From: Cyclobacteriaceae bacterium
Lineage (GTDB): Bacteria; Bacteroidota; Bacteroidia; Cytophagales; Cyclobacteriaceae
Assembly: GCA_028278225.1 (NCBI GenBank)
Contig: JANQEU010000031.1
Location: 88,347 to 152,346, forward strand
DNA length: 64,000 nucleotides
Reading direction: 5' to 3'
Part shown: one piece after another, positions 28,548 through 36,789 of the stretch
How the letters are laid out: each line of letters starts with the position of its first letter
How positions within the stretch are numbered: the stretch's first letter is position 1
The notes under the pieces: generated by a model
What the model was told of the DNA's origin: nothing
Database searches by the model: none
Seen by the model: the letters and a program-made list of their open reading frames with translations, nothing else
Made by a program: the position numbers and the translations under genes

Positions 28548-29741
28548 CTAACGGAATTTCCTAAAGATCACTTTCAGTAGCTCTTTTACTTCATCACTGT
28601 TCATATCCCAATCCAGCTCCTTGGCATAAGATTGAACCAACATTTCCACTGCACCATCAAAAGTATCACAGCGCTCAACCTCCTCTATGGCCTTTGAGAA
28701 TTTCTCATTGTCCCCCTCAAACAATTCCTGAAGAAACATGTAGCGATGATTTATGGAAATAGCGTCCATAATATTGTCTATTTTCCTTTCTTCATGCAAG
28801 TCGGCAAGTGTTTTTGCTTCTACCTCGAATTGCTCATTCAAAGTTGATACTTCAGGTTCAGGGTCGATTATTTCATCCTCCCGGAGTTGTTTTGTTTCTC
28901 CGGAATCACCAGCCGCCTCTTCCGGATAGGTCTCCTCATATTCCTCAGTCTCAGCAAGTTCAGGATTGGATTCACCCGTTTCACTGACCTCTTGCTCCAC
29001 CTGATTTTCAGGTCCCTCACGGGAAACCGGAGCCTCAGTTGCCGCTTCTCTGGCCATTTCTTCTTCAATTAACACATCGTCCTCAGTTAAGACCGTTTCC
29101 TCCTCCGGTTCCTGCGGGCTTTCGGGAATAAGCAGGTCCGATTTTTCGACAACGAGGACCTCTGACATCTGCCTGACTAAATCCTCAATTGCATTAGTAT
29201 TGTCGATTTCTGGAAACGTTTCAAGCATGTTTTCAAGAACATCATCGATAGATGCTCCTTCACGGGCTAACAGGAACGCTTCTATGTCTTCTTTAAAAAT
29301 CACAACGTACTTCAGCAACTGCTTAATTGCTTTGTCACTCAGGCTTTTTTGATTCCGGTTTTTCAGTTCCCTGGCAACGTACTCCGTGGTGGACACTGTG
29401 ATCAATAAGGTGTCCTCCAGGGCCTTTATCGCTAAATCAGTTAAGTCGTCCGGAGCTATTTTGATATGCTGTGAAAGCGTATTCATAAAGCTCACCATAC
29501 TCTTTCTTACTTCAGAATGCTTGTAATCGAAGTGCGGACTTTCCAGTCTTTTCATTTCCTCCTGCCATTCTGTGAACAGGATTTTCAGCAAAAAGAAATT
29601 GAATTGTTTTGAAGCGGTCAACTGCAAAATATCCTTGCCGGAGAGATGAGATTTGTCGGCGTAATTTTGTTGAATTAGCTGATCCGCAAATACTGATTTA
29701 TATTGCTCAATAAACTCGTTATTTAGCTTTGAGTTTTTCAT
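28548..29741 (-). CDS. Hypothetical protein with a central hyper-acidic linker
   Basis: 397 aa. Helical N- and C-terminal parts are separated by an E/P/T-rich stretch at about residues 205-300 (nt about 28842-29129). I do not recognise the family. Confidence 0.6.
   Translation of the reverse strand: MKNSKLNNEFIEQYKSVFADQLIQQNYADKSHLSGKDILQLTASKQFNFFLLKILFTEWQEEMKRLESPHFDYKHSEVRKSMVSFMNTLSQHIKIAPDDLTDLAIKALEDTLLITVSTTEYVARELKNRNQKSLSDKAIKQLLKYVVIFKEDIEAFLLAREGASIDDVLENMLETFPEIDNTNAIEDLVRQMSEVLVVEKSDLLIPESPQEPEEETVLTEDDVLIEEEMAREAATEAPVSREGPENQVEQEVSETGESNPELAETEEYEETYPEEAAGDSGETKQLREDEIIDPEPEVSTLNEQFEVEAKTLADLHEERKIDNIMDAISINHRYMFLQELFEGDNEKFSKAIEEVERCDTFDGAVEMLVQSYAKELDWDMNSDEVKELLKVIFRKFR
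29724..29731 (+). promoter_or_regulatory. Candidate -7 promoter box (TAGCTTTG) for the ferredoxin-tdk genes
   Basis: Exact TAnnTTTG match, 24 nt upstream of ATG 29756. It lies within codons 4-6 of the divergent gene. Confidence 0.45.
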
Positions 29742-29755
29742 AAAGCTAAAAGTTC

Positions 29756-30076
29756 ATGGCCAAAGTTGTGATTGAAAACATGGGTAGTAAATCTATTGAT
29801 TGCCTTGATAAAAAGGAAAAGCTACTTGATATTTTACTGCAGGAAACCGACTGGCTACATGCTTGTGGGGGGAAAGGACGATGTACCACATGCAAAGTCA
29901 TTATCACTGAAGGTATGGATGGACTACCTCCACTTACTACACCGGAGTTGAAATATGTTGATTTACACCTTCTCAGAAAAAATGAGCGGCTCGCCTGCCA
30001 GATTTCCGTAATGAATGACCTGATCATCCGGGTCCCAAATGGGTCAAAACTTCCTCATTTAAATTATTCAGCATAA
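29756..30076 (+). CDS. 2Fe-2S ferredoxin
   Basis: 106 aa with the cluster ligand pattern C-x5-C-x2-C...C ([15 protein letters not shown] ... RLACQ). Confidence 0.85.
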   Translation: MAKVVIENMGSKSIDCLDKKEKLLDILLQETDWLHACGGKGRCTTCKVIITEGMDGLPPLTTPELKYVDLHLLRKNERLACQISVMNDLIIRVPNGSKLPHLNYSA

Positions 30077-30077
30077 G

Positions 30078-30668
30078 ATGTTTGTAGAACCATCAAATAG
30101 AAGCTTAGGATACGAGAAAGGAAGAGGCTGGATTGAGGTAATTTGCGGCTCGATGTTTTCCGGGAAAACAGAAGAATTGATAAGGAGGCTCAACAGGGCC
30201 TTTATTGCCCGGCAAAAGGTTGAAATCTTCAAACCAATCATCGATAAGAGATATTCTAAAAAGAAAATTGTCAGCCACAACGAAAACGAGATAAAATCAA
30301 CACCCGTCCACTTCGCCAATGACATCTTAATCAACTCTTCCCAGTACGAAGTTATTGGTATCGATGAAGTGCAGTTCTTTGACGAAAACATTGTCACAGT
30401 ATCTAACGACCTGGCAAACATGGGTAAAAGGGTAATTGCTGCAGGCCTGGATATGGATTTTAGGGGGAGACCATTCTCGCCGATGGATAAGCTAATGGCC
30501 ATTGCCGACTATATCACTAAAGTTCATGCCATCTGTATGAATTGCGGAAATGTCGCATCTTATACGCACAGACGTACTAAATCAACAAAAAAAGTAGTTC
30601 TAGGAGAAAAGGATATTTATGAGGCATTGTGCCGGAAGTGTTTTTATGATAAGATGCATAAAAAATAG
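30078..30668 (+). CDS. tdk: Thymidine kinase
   Basis: 196 aa with the P-loop [14 protein letters not shown] and a C-terminal zinc ribbon (CMNCG ... CRKC). Confidence 0.93.
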   Translation: MFVEPSNRSLGYEKGRGWIEVICGSMFSGKTEELIRRLNRAFIARQKVEIFKPIIDKRYSKKKIVSHNENEIKSTPVHFANDILINSSQYEVIGIDEVQFFDENIVTVSNDLANMGKRVIAAGLDMDFRGRPFSPMDKLMAIADYITKVHAICMNCGNVASYTHRRTKSTKKVVLGEKDIYEALCRKCFYDKMHKK

Positions 30669-32808
30669 CTGTCTTTTGATTTTCGGCCTGATTTTTACTT
30701 CCAACTGCTACAGTCAGGAAATTCCCATTGGGTCCTGGAGGAGTCATGCCAGTCTTAAGAGTGCCCGGCTTTTAGCGGAAGGATCAGGGAAAATTTTCTG
30801 TTCATCCGGGAATGGACTTTTCTATTTTGACAGAGCCACAAGATCATTACATCCGATCAGTAAAATTAATGGGTTGGGTGATACAGGCGTCACCGCATTA
30901 CGATTTCTGGAGGATAAGGATATGCTTATAATTGGATATCGTTCAGGGGTAATTGATTTGGTATATCCTGAAAAAATCGAACCTATTACCACCCTCCGGG
31001 AGGTGGAGCAATTTGACTCCAAGCAAATTAATGATTTCATATTTTCTGATGACAAAGTGTATGCTGCCACTGATGTTGGAGTAGCCCTGATTGACCTGGA
31101 AAATACGGGGGTTAGGGATATCTACAATGAAATCGGAATTGACGGAGAAAGTGTATCCGCCACGGAAGTCGTGATCTTTGATGATACGCTGTTCACCATT
31201 ACCGATCAGGGTTTGTCAGGAGCTTCTGTTCATGACAATTTACTTGACTTTAACAATTGGAAAATTTTTAATTCTTCAGATAGCATCCTTGTGTCCAATC
31301 TTGTAGTGTACAGGGACTCTCTTTTCCTGGTCGTCGATAAGGCTCAAATCCTGAAATATCGAAGAGGGAAGTGGATCGGGGGGCCGGTAGTTTCCCAGGA
31401 AATTGAAAAACTGAAGCGGACGGACAATGGCCTGTATGTGTTAACAAAGAATGGAATTTTAAAAATGGATGATGGCGATTTAAGACTTGAAATAGCGGGG
31501 TCATTTGAAAACGGTAAAGATATTCACATCGAAGAGGAAAGTTATTTTGTGGCTGATTCTGTTTTAGGGTTGGTGGAGTTGAAAGGTTTGAGCACTGAGT
31601 TCCTCGTGCCAAACGGACCTCAATCGGATGTTATTTCCAGGATCAATGTGCTGAATAACAGGATATACCTGACCTACGGGCAATTTTCACCGGGATCAAA
31701 TTTTGCGGACACCGCCGGATATGATGTTTTCAATAATGGCTTGTGGAATTATGTCAGGGTTGATCAGCTAAAAAATCTTTCGGATCTGGCTGAATACAAC
31801 TCAAACCTCTACATCTCATCGTACGGGGACGGATTGTACAACTACACTGAAAATCAAATTGTAAATTCTCTTTCAGGATTGAGCATATCAGACCTGATGG
31901 CAAGTGATGATGGGATCTGGGCGCTAAATGTGGATGGTGACGATGCACTTTATTTCTCAGAAACAGGTTTGGAGTGGGAAGGAATCAGCAGTAGTGTGGT
32001 TTCAAGCAGGTATCCCGTCACCATTAAAGTCTCAAGAGGGGGGCTGTTATGGATACAAAGAGGCCAGCAGGAAGGTGGTGGCATCAGTGTATTCGACGCT
32101 GATCTATCAGATTCCAGGTTACTGAATTCATCTGATGGGTTGCCTGATAATTTCATCCTGGACTATGAAATCGACCATGATGATGAATCATGGATTTGTA
32201 CCAGAGAAGGCCTTGCTTTCTTTTTTGATGCTTCCTTCATCCTGGGTGGCGATGAAGCTACAACTCCTTTTTTCGATACAGGAAATCTTTCGTCCAACGA
32301 GCCGTTTACTGCTATAGCGTTTGACGGTGGCAACCGTCGCTGGTTTGGGACGGAAAGAGGACTTTGGCTGTTTAATGAAAATCTGACGGAACAAATCCAT
32401 CACTTCAATACTTTGAATAGTCCGTTGCCCTCTGACAATATAAAAAAGCTGGCATACAATGAGATCACCGGTGAACTATTCATCCTGACGGACAGAGGGC
32501 TCATTTCCCTCCAAACAGACTCTTCTGCCCCCGGGTCCAAACATAGCAATGTTGTTGTGTTTCCCAACCCGATTTCAAGATCAACAGGCAAAACCCTGGC
32601 AATAAAGGGTCTGGTGGCAGATGCAGAAATCAAGATTGCAGATGTATCAGGAAACATCCTTGCTGCCATCAGGTCAAATGGAAGTACCGCCTCCTGGAAT
32701 ATGAGAAGTCACTCAGGGGAAATCGCTCCAACAGGAGTCTATTTAATCTTCAGTAGTAATGAAGACGGAGAAGAAACTTACATCGGCAAATTTGTGATTA
32801 CCCCATGA
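30646..32808 (+). CDS. Two-component-regulator-propeller repeat protein with T9SS C-terminal sorting domain (PorZ-like)
   Basis: From ATG 30646 the signal peptide is [24 protein letters not shown]. The protein is long and beta-rich, with repeated G(L/V) blades. The C-terminal 85 aa ([21 protein letters not shown] ... GVYLIFSS ... KFVITP) is a type A T9SS CTD. The track start at 30619 lies deeper inside tdk. Confidence 0.6.
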   Translation: MIRCIKNSCLLIFGLIFTSNCYSQEIPIGSWRSHASLKSARLLAEGSGKIFCSSGNGLFYFDRATRSLHPISKINGLGDTGVTALRFLEDKDMLIIGYRSGVIDLVYPEKIEPITTLREVEQFDSKQINDFIFSDDKVYAATDVGVALIDLENTGVRDIYNEIGIDGESVSATEVVIFDDTLFTITDQGLSGASVHDNLLDFNNWKIFNSSDSILVSNLVVYRDSLFLVVDKAQILKYRRGKWIGGPVVSQEIEKLKRTDNGLYVLTKNGILKMDDGDLRLEIAGSFENGKDIHIEEESYFVADSVLGLVELKGLSTEFLVPNGPQSDVISRINVLNNRIYLTYGQFSPGSNFADTAGYDVFNNGLWNYVRVDQLKNLSDLAEYNSNLYISSYGDGLYNYTENQIVNSLSGLSISDLMASDDGIWALNVDGDDALYFSETGLEWEGISSSVVSSRYPVTIKVSRGGLLWIQRGQQEGGGISVFDADLSDSRLLNSSDGLPDNFILDYEIDHDDESWICTREGLAFFFDASFILGGDEATTPFFDTGNLSSNEPFTAIAFDGGNRRWFGTERGLWLFNENLTEQIHHFNTLNSPLPSDNIKKLAYNEITGELFILTDRGLISLQTDSSAPGSKHSNVVVFPNPISRSTGKTLAIKGLVADAEIKIADVSGNILAAIRSNGSTASWNMRSHSGEIAPTGVYLIFSSNEDGEETYIGKFVITP

Positions 32809-33473
32809 TTACAAAGACCCGCGGCATTGTTTTCAACTATATTAAGCATAAGGAGAGCTCGATAATTGTCAAAATTTATACCGAGGAGCATGGTATGCAA
32901 TCCTATGTCATCAATAGCATCAGAAGTCCTGCATCAAAGAAAAGTATTGCCAACTTTCAGCCTTTCACACTACTGGAAATTGTTGGCTATTGGTCATCAG
33001 CAAAAGATATACAAAGATTATCTGACAGTAAGATCGCCTATCCAACTTCGAGTTTTAAGGATATCAAAAAGTCCGCAATTCTGATTTTCCTTTCAGAGGT
33101 GCTTACCAAACTTCTTTATCACGAAACAGGAGAAAATAGACAGATGTTCAAATTTATATGGGATTCGGTTATCGCATTTGACCAGTTAGACACCAACTAT
33201 GAAAATTTCCATTTATCCTTTCTGATCAGGCTGACCTCATTTCTTGGATTTGACATTAGTACAAATGACAGACTGAAAGACTTATGTCAGGGTGATCAGG
33301 CGATTGCTGTGTTTCTCACAACTCTGGACCTGGAGAACTATTTCAACCGGACACCCTCCAATGGAGAAATCAGGTATAAAGCACTAAAACTATTACTCAG
33401 GGAGTACCGGGATCACTTCAGTCACATTGACCAGATCAAATCACTAAAGGTCCTCAAGGAGGTTTTCTATTAA
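32805..33473 (+). CDS. recO: DNA repair protein RecO
   Basis: 222 aa with an N-terminal OB-like region (TRGIVFNYIKHKESSIIVKIYTEEHGMQSY). It has an ATGA overlap with the upstream gene. Its size and pattern fit Bacteroidota RecO. Confidence 0.75.
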   Translation: MITKTRGIVFNYIKHKESSIIVKIYTEEHGMQSYVINSIRSPASKKSIANFQPFTLLEIVGYWSSAKDIQRLSDSKIAYPTSSFKDIKKSAILIFLSEVLTKLLYHETGENRQMFKFIWDSVIAFDQLDTNYENFHLSFLIRLTSFLGFDISTNDRLKDLCQGDQAIAVFLTTLDLENYFNRTPSNGEIRYKALKLLLREYRDHFSHIDQIKSLKVLKEVFY

Positions 33474-33504
33474 TCTTGTAAATTTATTTGATCAATCTAA
33501 CACT

Positions 33505-34467
33505 ATGACTAACGAAACACTCTTCGATGAAATACCCTCCCTTGATCTTAATGACTTCAAATTTGGAAACGAGAGCACAAAAGCCGATTTCGTTGAGAAG
33601 CTGGGTGAGGCTTATTCCAATATTGGATTTGTTGCTGTCAGAAATCACGGACTTTCCGATGAGCTTACATCCGAACTCTACTCCAAAGTCCAGGACTTCT
33701 TTTCACTCCCTGATGATACAAAGAAGAAATATGAAGTGCCGGAATTGTTTGGTCAAAGGGGCTATGTAAGCAAGGGTAAGGAAAAAGCCAAAGGACGAAA
33801 CACGGGTGATCTCAAGGAATTTTATCATGTCGGACAGCCTCTGGAAAACAAGATGCCCGATTACCCTGAAAACATTTGGCCTGACGAAATAACGGGTCTG
33901 AGGGAGGCAGCTGAAGAAGCATATAAAATTCTTCAGAACGCGGGAATTGAAATGCTCAGAGCCATAGCACTTTTTCTTGGATTGGATGAGTATTATTTTG
34001 ATGAAAAAGTTCAAAAAGGGAATAGTATTCTGCGGCCGATTCATTATTTCCCGATCACAGATCCGGACAGCATCCCCGCAGATGCAGTCAGGGCTGCTGA
34101 ACACGGGGATATTAATTTGATCACTTTGCTCATGGGTGCAAGTGCGGACGGGCTACAGGTCCTGAGAAGAGACGGTGAATGGATCCCGATAACCGCACTG
34201 CCAGATCAGATTGTTGTAAATGTCGGGGATATGATGTCCAGGCTTACTAACGATAGACTGAAGTCAACGATCCATCGTGTGGTTAATCCCCCGAAAGAGC
34301 TGATGGGTACTTCTCGATACTCTATCCCTTTCTTTATGCATCCTGTTTCAGAAATGGACTTAACGTGTCTTCCTAACTGTATAGATGAGAAGCATCCAAA
34401 AGGGTTTGAGGATATGACAGCCGGAGAGTACCTGCATCAGCGATTGGCCGAGATTGGATTGAAGTAG
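33505..34467 (+). CDS. 2-oxoglutarate/Fe(II)-dependent oxygenase (isopenicillin N synthase family)
   Basis: 320 aa with the HxD...H facial triad candidates HGDINLITLL and STIHRV. Confidence 0.8.
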   Translation: MTNETLFDEIPSLDLNDFKFGNESTKADFVEKLGEAYSNIGFVAVRNHGLSDELTSELYSKVQDFFSLPDDTKKKYEVPELFGQRGYVSKGKEKAKGRNTGDLKEFYHVGQPLENKMPDYPENIWPDEITGLREAAEEAYKILQNAGIEMLRAIALFLGLDEYYFDEKVQKGNSILRPIHYFPITDPDSIPADAVRAAEHGDINLITLLMGASADGLQVLRRDGEWIPITALPDQIVVNVGDMMSRLTNDRLKSTIHRVVNPPKELMGTSRYSIPFFMHPVSEMDLTCLPNCIDEKHPKGFEDMTAGEYLHQRLAEIGLK

Positions 34468-34471
34468 CCGT

Positions 34472-35653
34472 ATGACTGTACGTCGCGTCAGATATTTTAT
34501 ATTTCTGAGGGATGTCCTGATCCTTGCAGTGACATCGTTTGGCGGGCCACAAGCCCATTTGGCCTTGTTTATGGATATGATGGTCAAAAAGAGGGGTTAC
34601 TTAAACGAGAAGGAGTTAATTGAGCTCTACGCACTTTGCCAGATTCTACCCGGGCCTACGTCCACCCAAACGATCACCTCTATGGGATTCAAAGTAGGCG
34701 GACCATCCCTGGCTTATCTGACCCTGGTAGTGTGGATGTTCCCTGCATTCTGCATTATGACCGGAGCGGCACTGACCGTGAATTTCTTAAATGATATGGA
34801 TGTGTCGCTAGAGTTTCTCCGATTTGTCCAGCCCATGGCGGTAGGAATTGTGGCTTATTCAGCATACCGCATTGTAAGTAGTGTGGTTTCAACCAAGGAT
34901 GGTTACTTCCTTATGCTATTGTCTGCTGTTGCGTCATTTTATCTAAGATCTCCCTATGCATTCCCTGTTTTACTGCTAATGGGAGGATTCATTACATCCT
35001 TTAAGTTTAAGCAGCAGCAGGTAGAGGAAAAGGACAAGATCAAATTTAATTGGGCGAACTTTATTCTATGGGGTGCAGTCCTGATTCTGGCCGCCATACT
35101 GGGGGGTGTCTTTCAGTCTCTGCCTATAAAGACTTTTGAGAATTTTTACAGAAACGGATCATTGATCTTCGGGGGAGGTCAGGTCCTGATCCCATTGTTA
35201 TTCACAGAGTTTGTGGAATTCAAAAAGTACCTGACCTCCGAGGAGTTTATTTCGGGATACGCATTTGTTCAGGCCATACCGGGACCTACTTTTTCCTTTG
35301 CCGCATATATTGGGGCGTTGATCATGCGAGACTGGGGCATTGGTGGAGAGATTCTGGGAGCGTTTCTTGCCTCAGCCGGTATATTTCTTCCCGGTACTTT
35401 CCTGATTTTCTTCGTAATCAGAATTTGGGACAGCCTGAAAAAGTACAGGATTGTCAAGGCATCACTTGAAGGTATTAACGCGGTAAGTTCGGGAATGGTA
35501 ATTGCAGCTACTTTGTTCCTGATTGAACCTTTGGAGATTACATTTATTAATTACTTCCTGATGTTCGGCACACTCTTTTTAATGTTCTTCTCCCGCATAC
35601 CAACGCCTTTTATCATTGTTTTCGGACTGATCCTCGGGTTTATTTTTAAATGA
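34472..35653 (+). CDS. chrA: Chromate transporter (two fused CHR domains)
   Basis: 393 aa polytopic protein with FGGPQAHLA near the N-terminus and a second CHR-like half (FGGGQVLIPL). Confidence 0.8.
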   Translation: MTVRRVRYFIFLRDVLILAVTSFGGPQAHLALFMDMMVKKRGYLNEKELIELYALCQILPGPTSTQTITSMGFKVGGPSLAYLTLVVWMFPAFCIMTGAALTVNFLNDMDVSLEFLRFVQPMAVGIVAYSAYRIVSSVVSTKDGYFLMLLSAVASFYLRSPYAFPVLLLMGGFITSFKFKQQQVEEKDKIKFNWANFILWGAVLILAAILGGVFQSLPIKTFENFYRNGSLIFGGGQVLIPLLFTEFVEFKKYLTSEEFISGYAFVQAIPGPTFSFAAYIGALIMRDWGIGGEILGAFLASAGIFLPGTFLIFFVIRIWDSLKKYRIVKASLEGINAVSSGMVIAATLFLIEPLEITFINYFLMFGTLFLMFFSRIPTPFIIVFGLILGFIFK

Positions 35654-35656
35654 AAA

Positions 35657-35679
35657 AGCCTGTCCACATTGAACAGGCT
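35657..35679 (-). terminator. Intrinsic terminator after the skp/bamA gene string
   Basis: AGCCTGT (35657-35663) pairs with ACAGGCT (35673-35679) around a 9-nt loop. On the minus strand the stem is followed by TTTTCATTT. On the plus strand there is no T-tract, so it mainly serves the minus-strand genes. Confidence 0.55.
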
Positions 35680-35700
35680 CCACTATAATAAAAAACTTTT

Positions 35701-36243
35701 TTAATTGCCCTGGGTATTCGCTGGTGGTTCCACTCCAAGTTTGGCCAATACCAGATTCGTGACATCATTTTCTTCCTTTGCATATAGCAATACATCTAAT
35801 CCCGGTGCGCCAATGCTAAAAATGAAAGTGTAGCCATTTTCTTCAGCAACAGCTTTGATCGCATTGCCGATCTTTTCAACGGCTGGCGTTAGCAGTTCAT
35901 TTCGCTTATTGCCCATCGACTGCTCCGCGTTTACCTGAAATTCCTGAAGTGATTGCTGCAATCTTTGTAATTCATTCTGTTTATCAGTCTTGACAAGATC
36001 ATTGTATGAAGCTTCATTTTGCTGATACTCCCCAAGCTTCGCCTGCAACTCCTGATATTTTGCCTGAATCTGGTTTTGTAATTGCGTTTCATATGCCTTC
36101 AGCTCTGATTCTATCTGTTTCGCCTCCGGCAAAAGACTAAGGACATACTCCGCATTTGTATACCCTATCTTTAAGTCCCCCTGGGCAAAAAGTGACCCAA
36201 TACCGAATATGGCTACAAGGCCTAATAAAAATTTGATTTTCAT
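35701..36243 (-). CDS. OmpH/Skp family periplasmic chaperone
   Basis: 180 aa with a signal peptide and a Q/E/K-rich coiled-coil core. It lies downstream of bamA. Confidence 0.85.
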   Translation of the reverse strand: MKIKFLLGLVAIFGIGSLFAQGDLKIGYTNAEYVLSLLPEAKQIESELKAYETQLQNQIQAKYQELQAKLGEYQQNEASYNDLVKTDKQNELQRLQQSLQEFQVNAEQSMGNKRNELLTPAVEKIGNAIKAVAEENGYTFIFSIGAPGLDVLLYAKEENDVTNLVLAKLGVEPPANTQGN

Positions 36244-36259
36244 AATCTAAATATTAATT

Positions 36260-36787
36260 CTAATTCGTTGCTTCGTTTTGTAATAGACCCAATTCCTCCA
36301 GGACATAATCGGTATAGTCATGAATAGGATCGGTATAAATCATGATCAATTCGCCGGATTTGTCAAAAACAATCTGCAAGCGATTGTTCTTTGCAACTCT
36401 CTCTGTAGCCTCAAAAACCAAATCCTGAACGGGTTTAATCAATTCCTTTTTTTTCAAAAAATACAGACCCTCAAATCCAAATATTTGTTTTTGATAGTCC
36501 TTCAGTTCTTTCATTTTCCGATCTATTTCCAATTGCCGGTCATTCTTCATGTCTACGGTCAGAAGAATTTCCTCAGCCTTAAAGCTGGCTTCCATTTTTT
36601 CAATTTCCTGATACATTTTTTGTATCTCTTCTTCCCATCCTTTTGCCAACCTATCAATTTCCGCCTGCGCCTCCCTGTATTCCGGCATTTGGCTCAGGAT
36701 ATAATTGGTGTCCACATAGCCAAATTTTTGCGCAAATGTAAATTGTATTGAGAATATGCAAATGATTATTAGCCAGATTCGTGCCAT
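36260..36787 (-). CDS. OmpH/Skp family periplasmic chaperone (second copy)
   Basis: 175 aa with a signal peptide, a coiled-coil and the GYVD motif near the N-terminus. It is in tandem with the previous gene. Confidence 0.85.
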   Translation of the reverse strand: MARIWLIIICIFSIQFTFAQKFGYVDTNYILSQMPEYREAQAEIDRLAKGWEEEIQKMYQEIEKMEASFKAEEILLTVDMKNDRQLEIDRKMKELKDYQKQIFGFEGLYFLKKKELIKPVQDLVFEATERVAKNNRLQIVFDKSGELIMIYTDPIHDYTDYVLEELGLLQNEATN

Positions 36788-36789
36788 TT

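Noticed and set aside
30068-30502. A 144-aa ORF antisense to tdk.
   Set aside because: It is fully contained within the clearly coding tdk frame and has no motifs.
36320-36751. A 143-aa ORF antisense to the second OmpH/Skp gene.
   Set aside because: It is a mirror of a coiled-coil gene rich in K/E/Q codons, which keeps the opposite strand open. It has no independent support.
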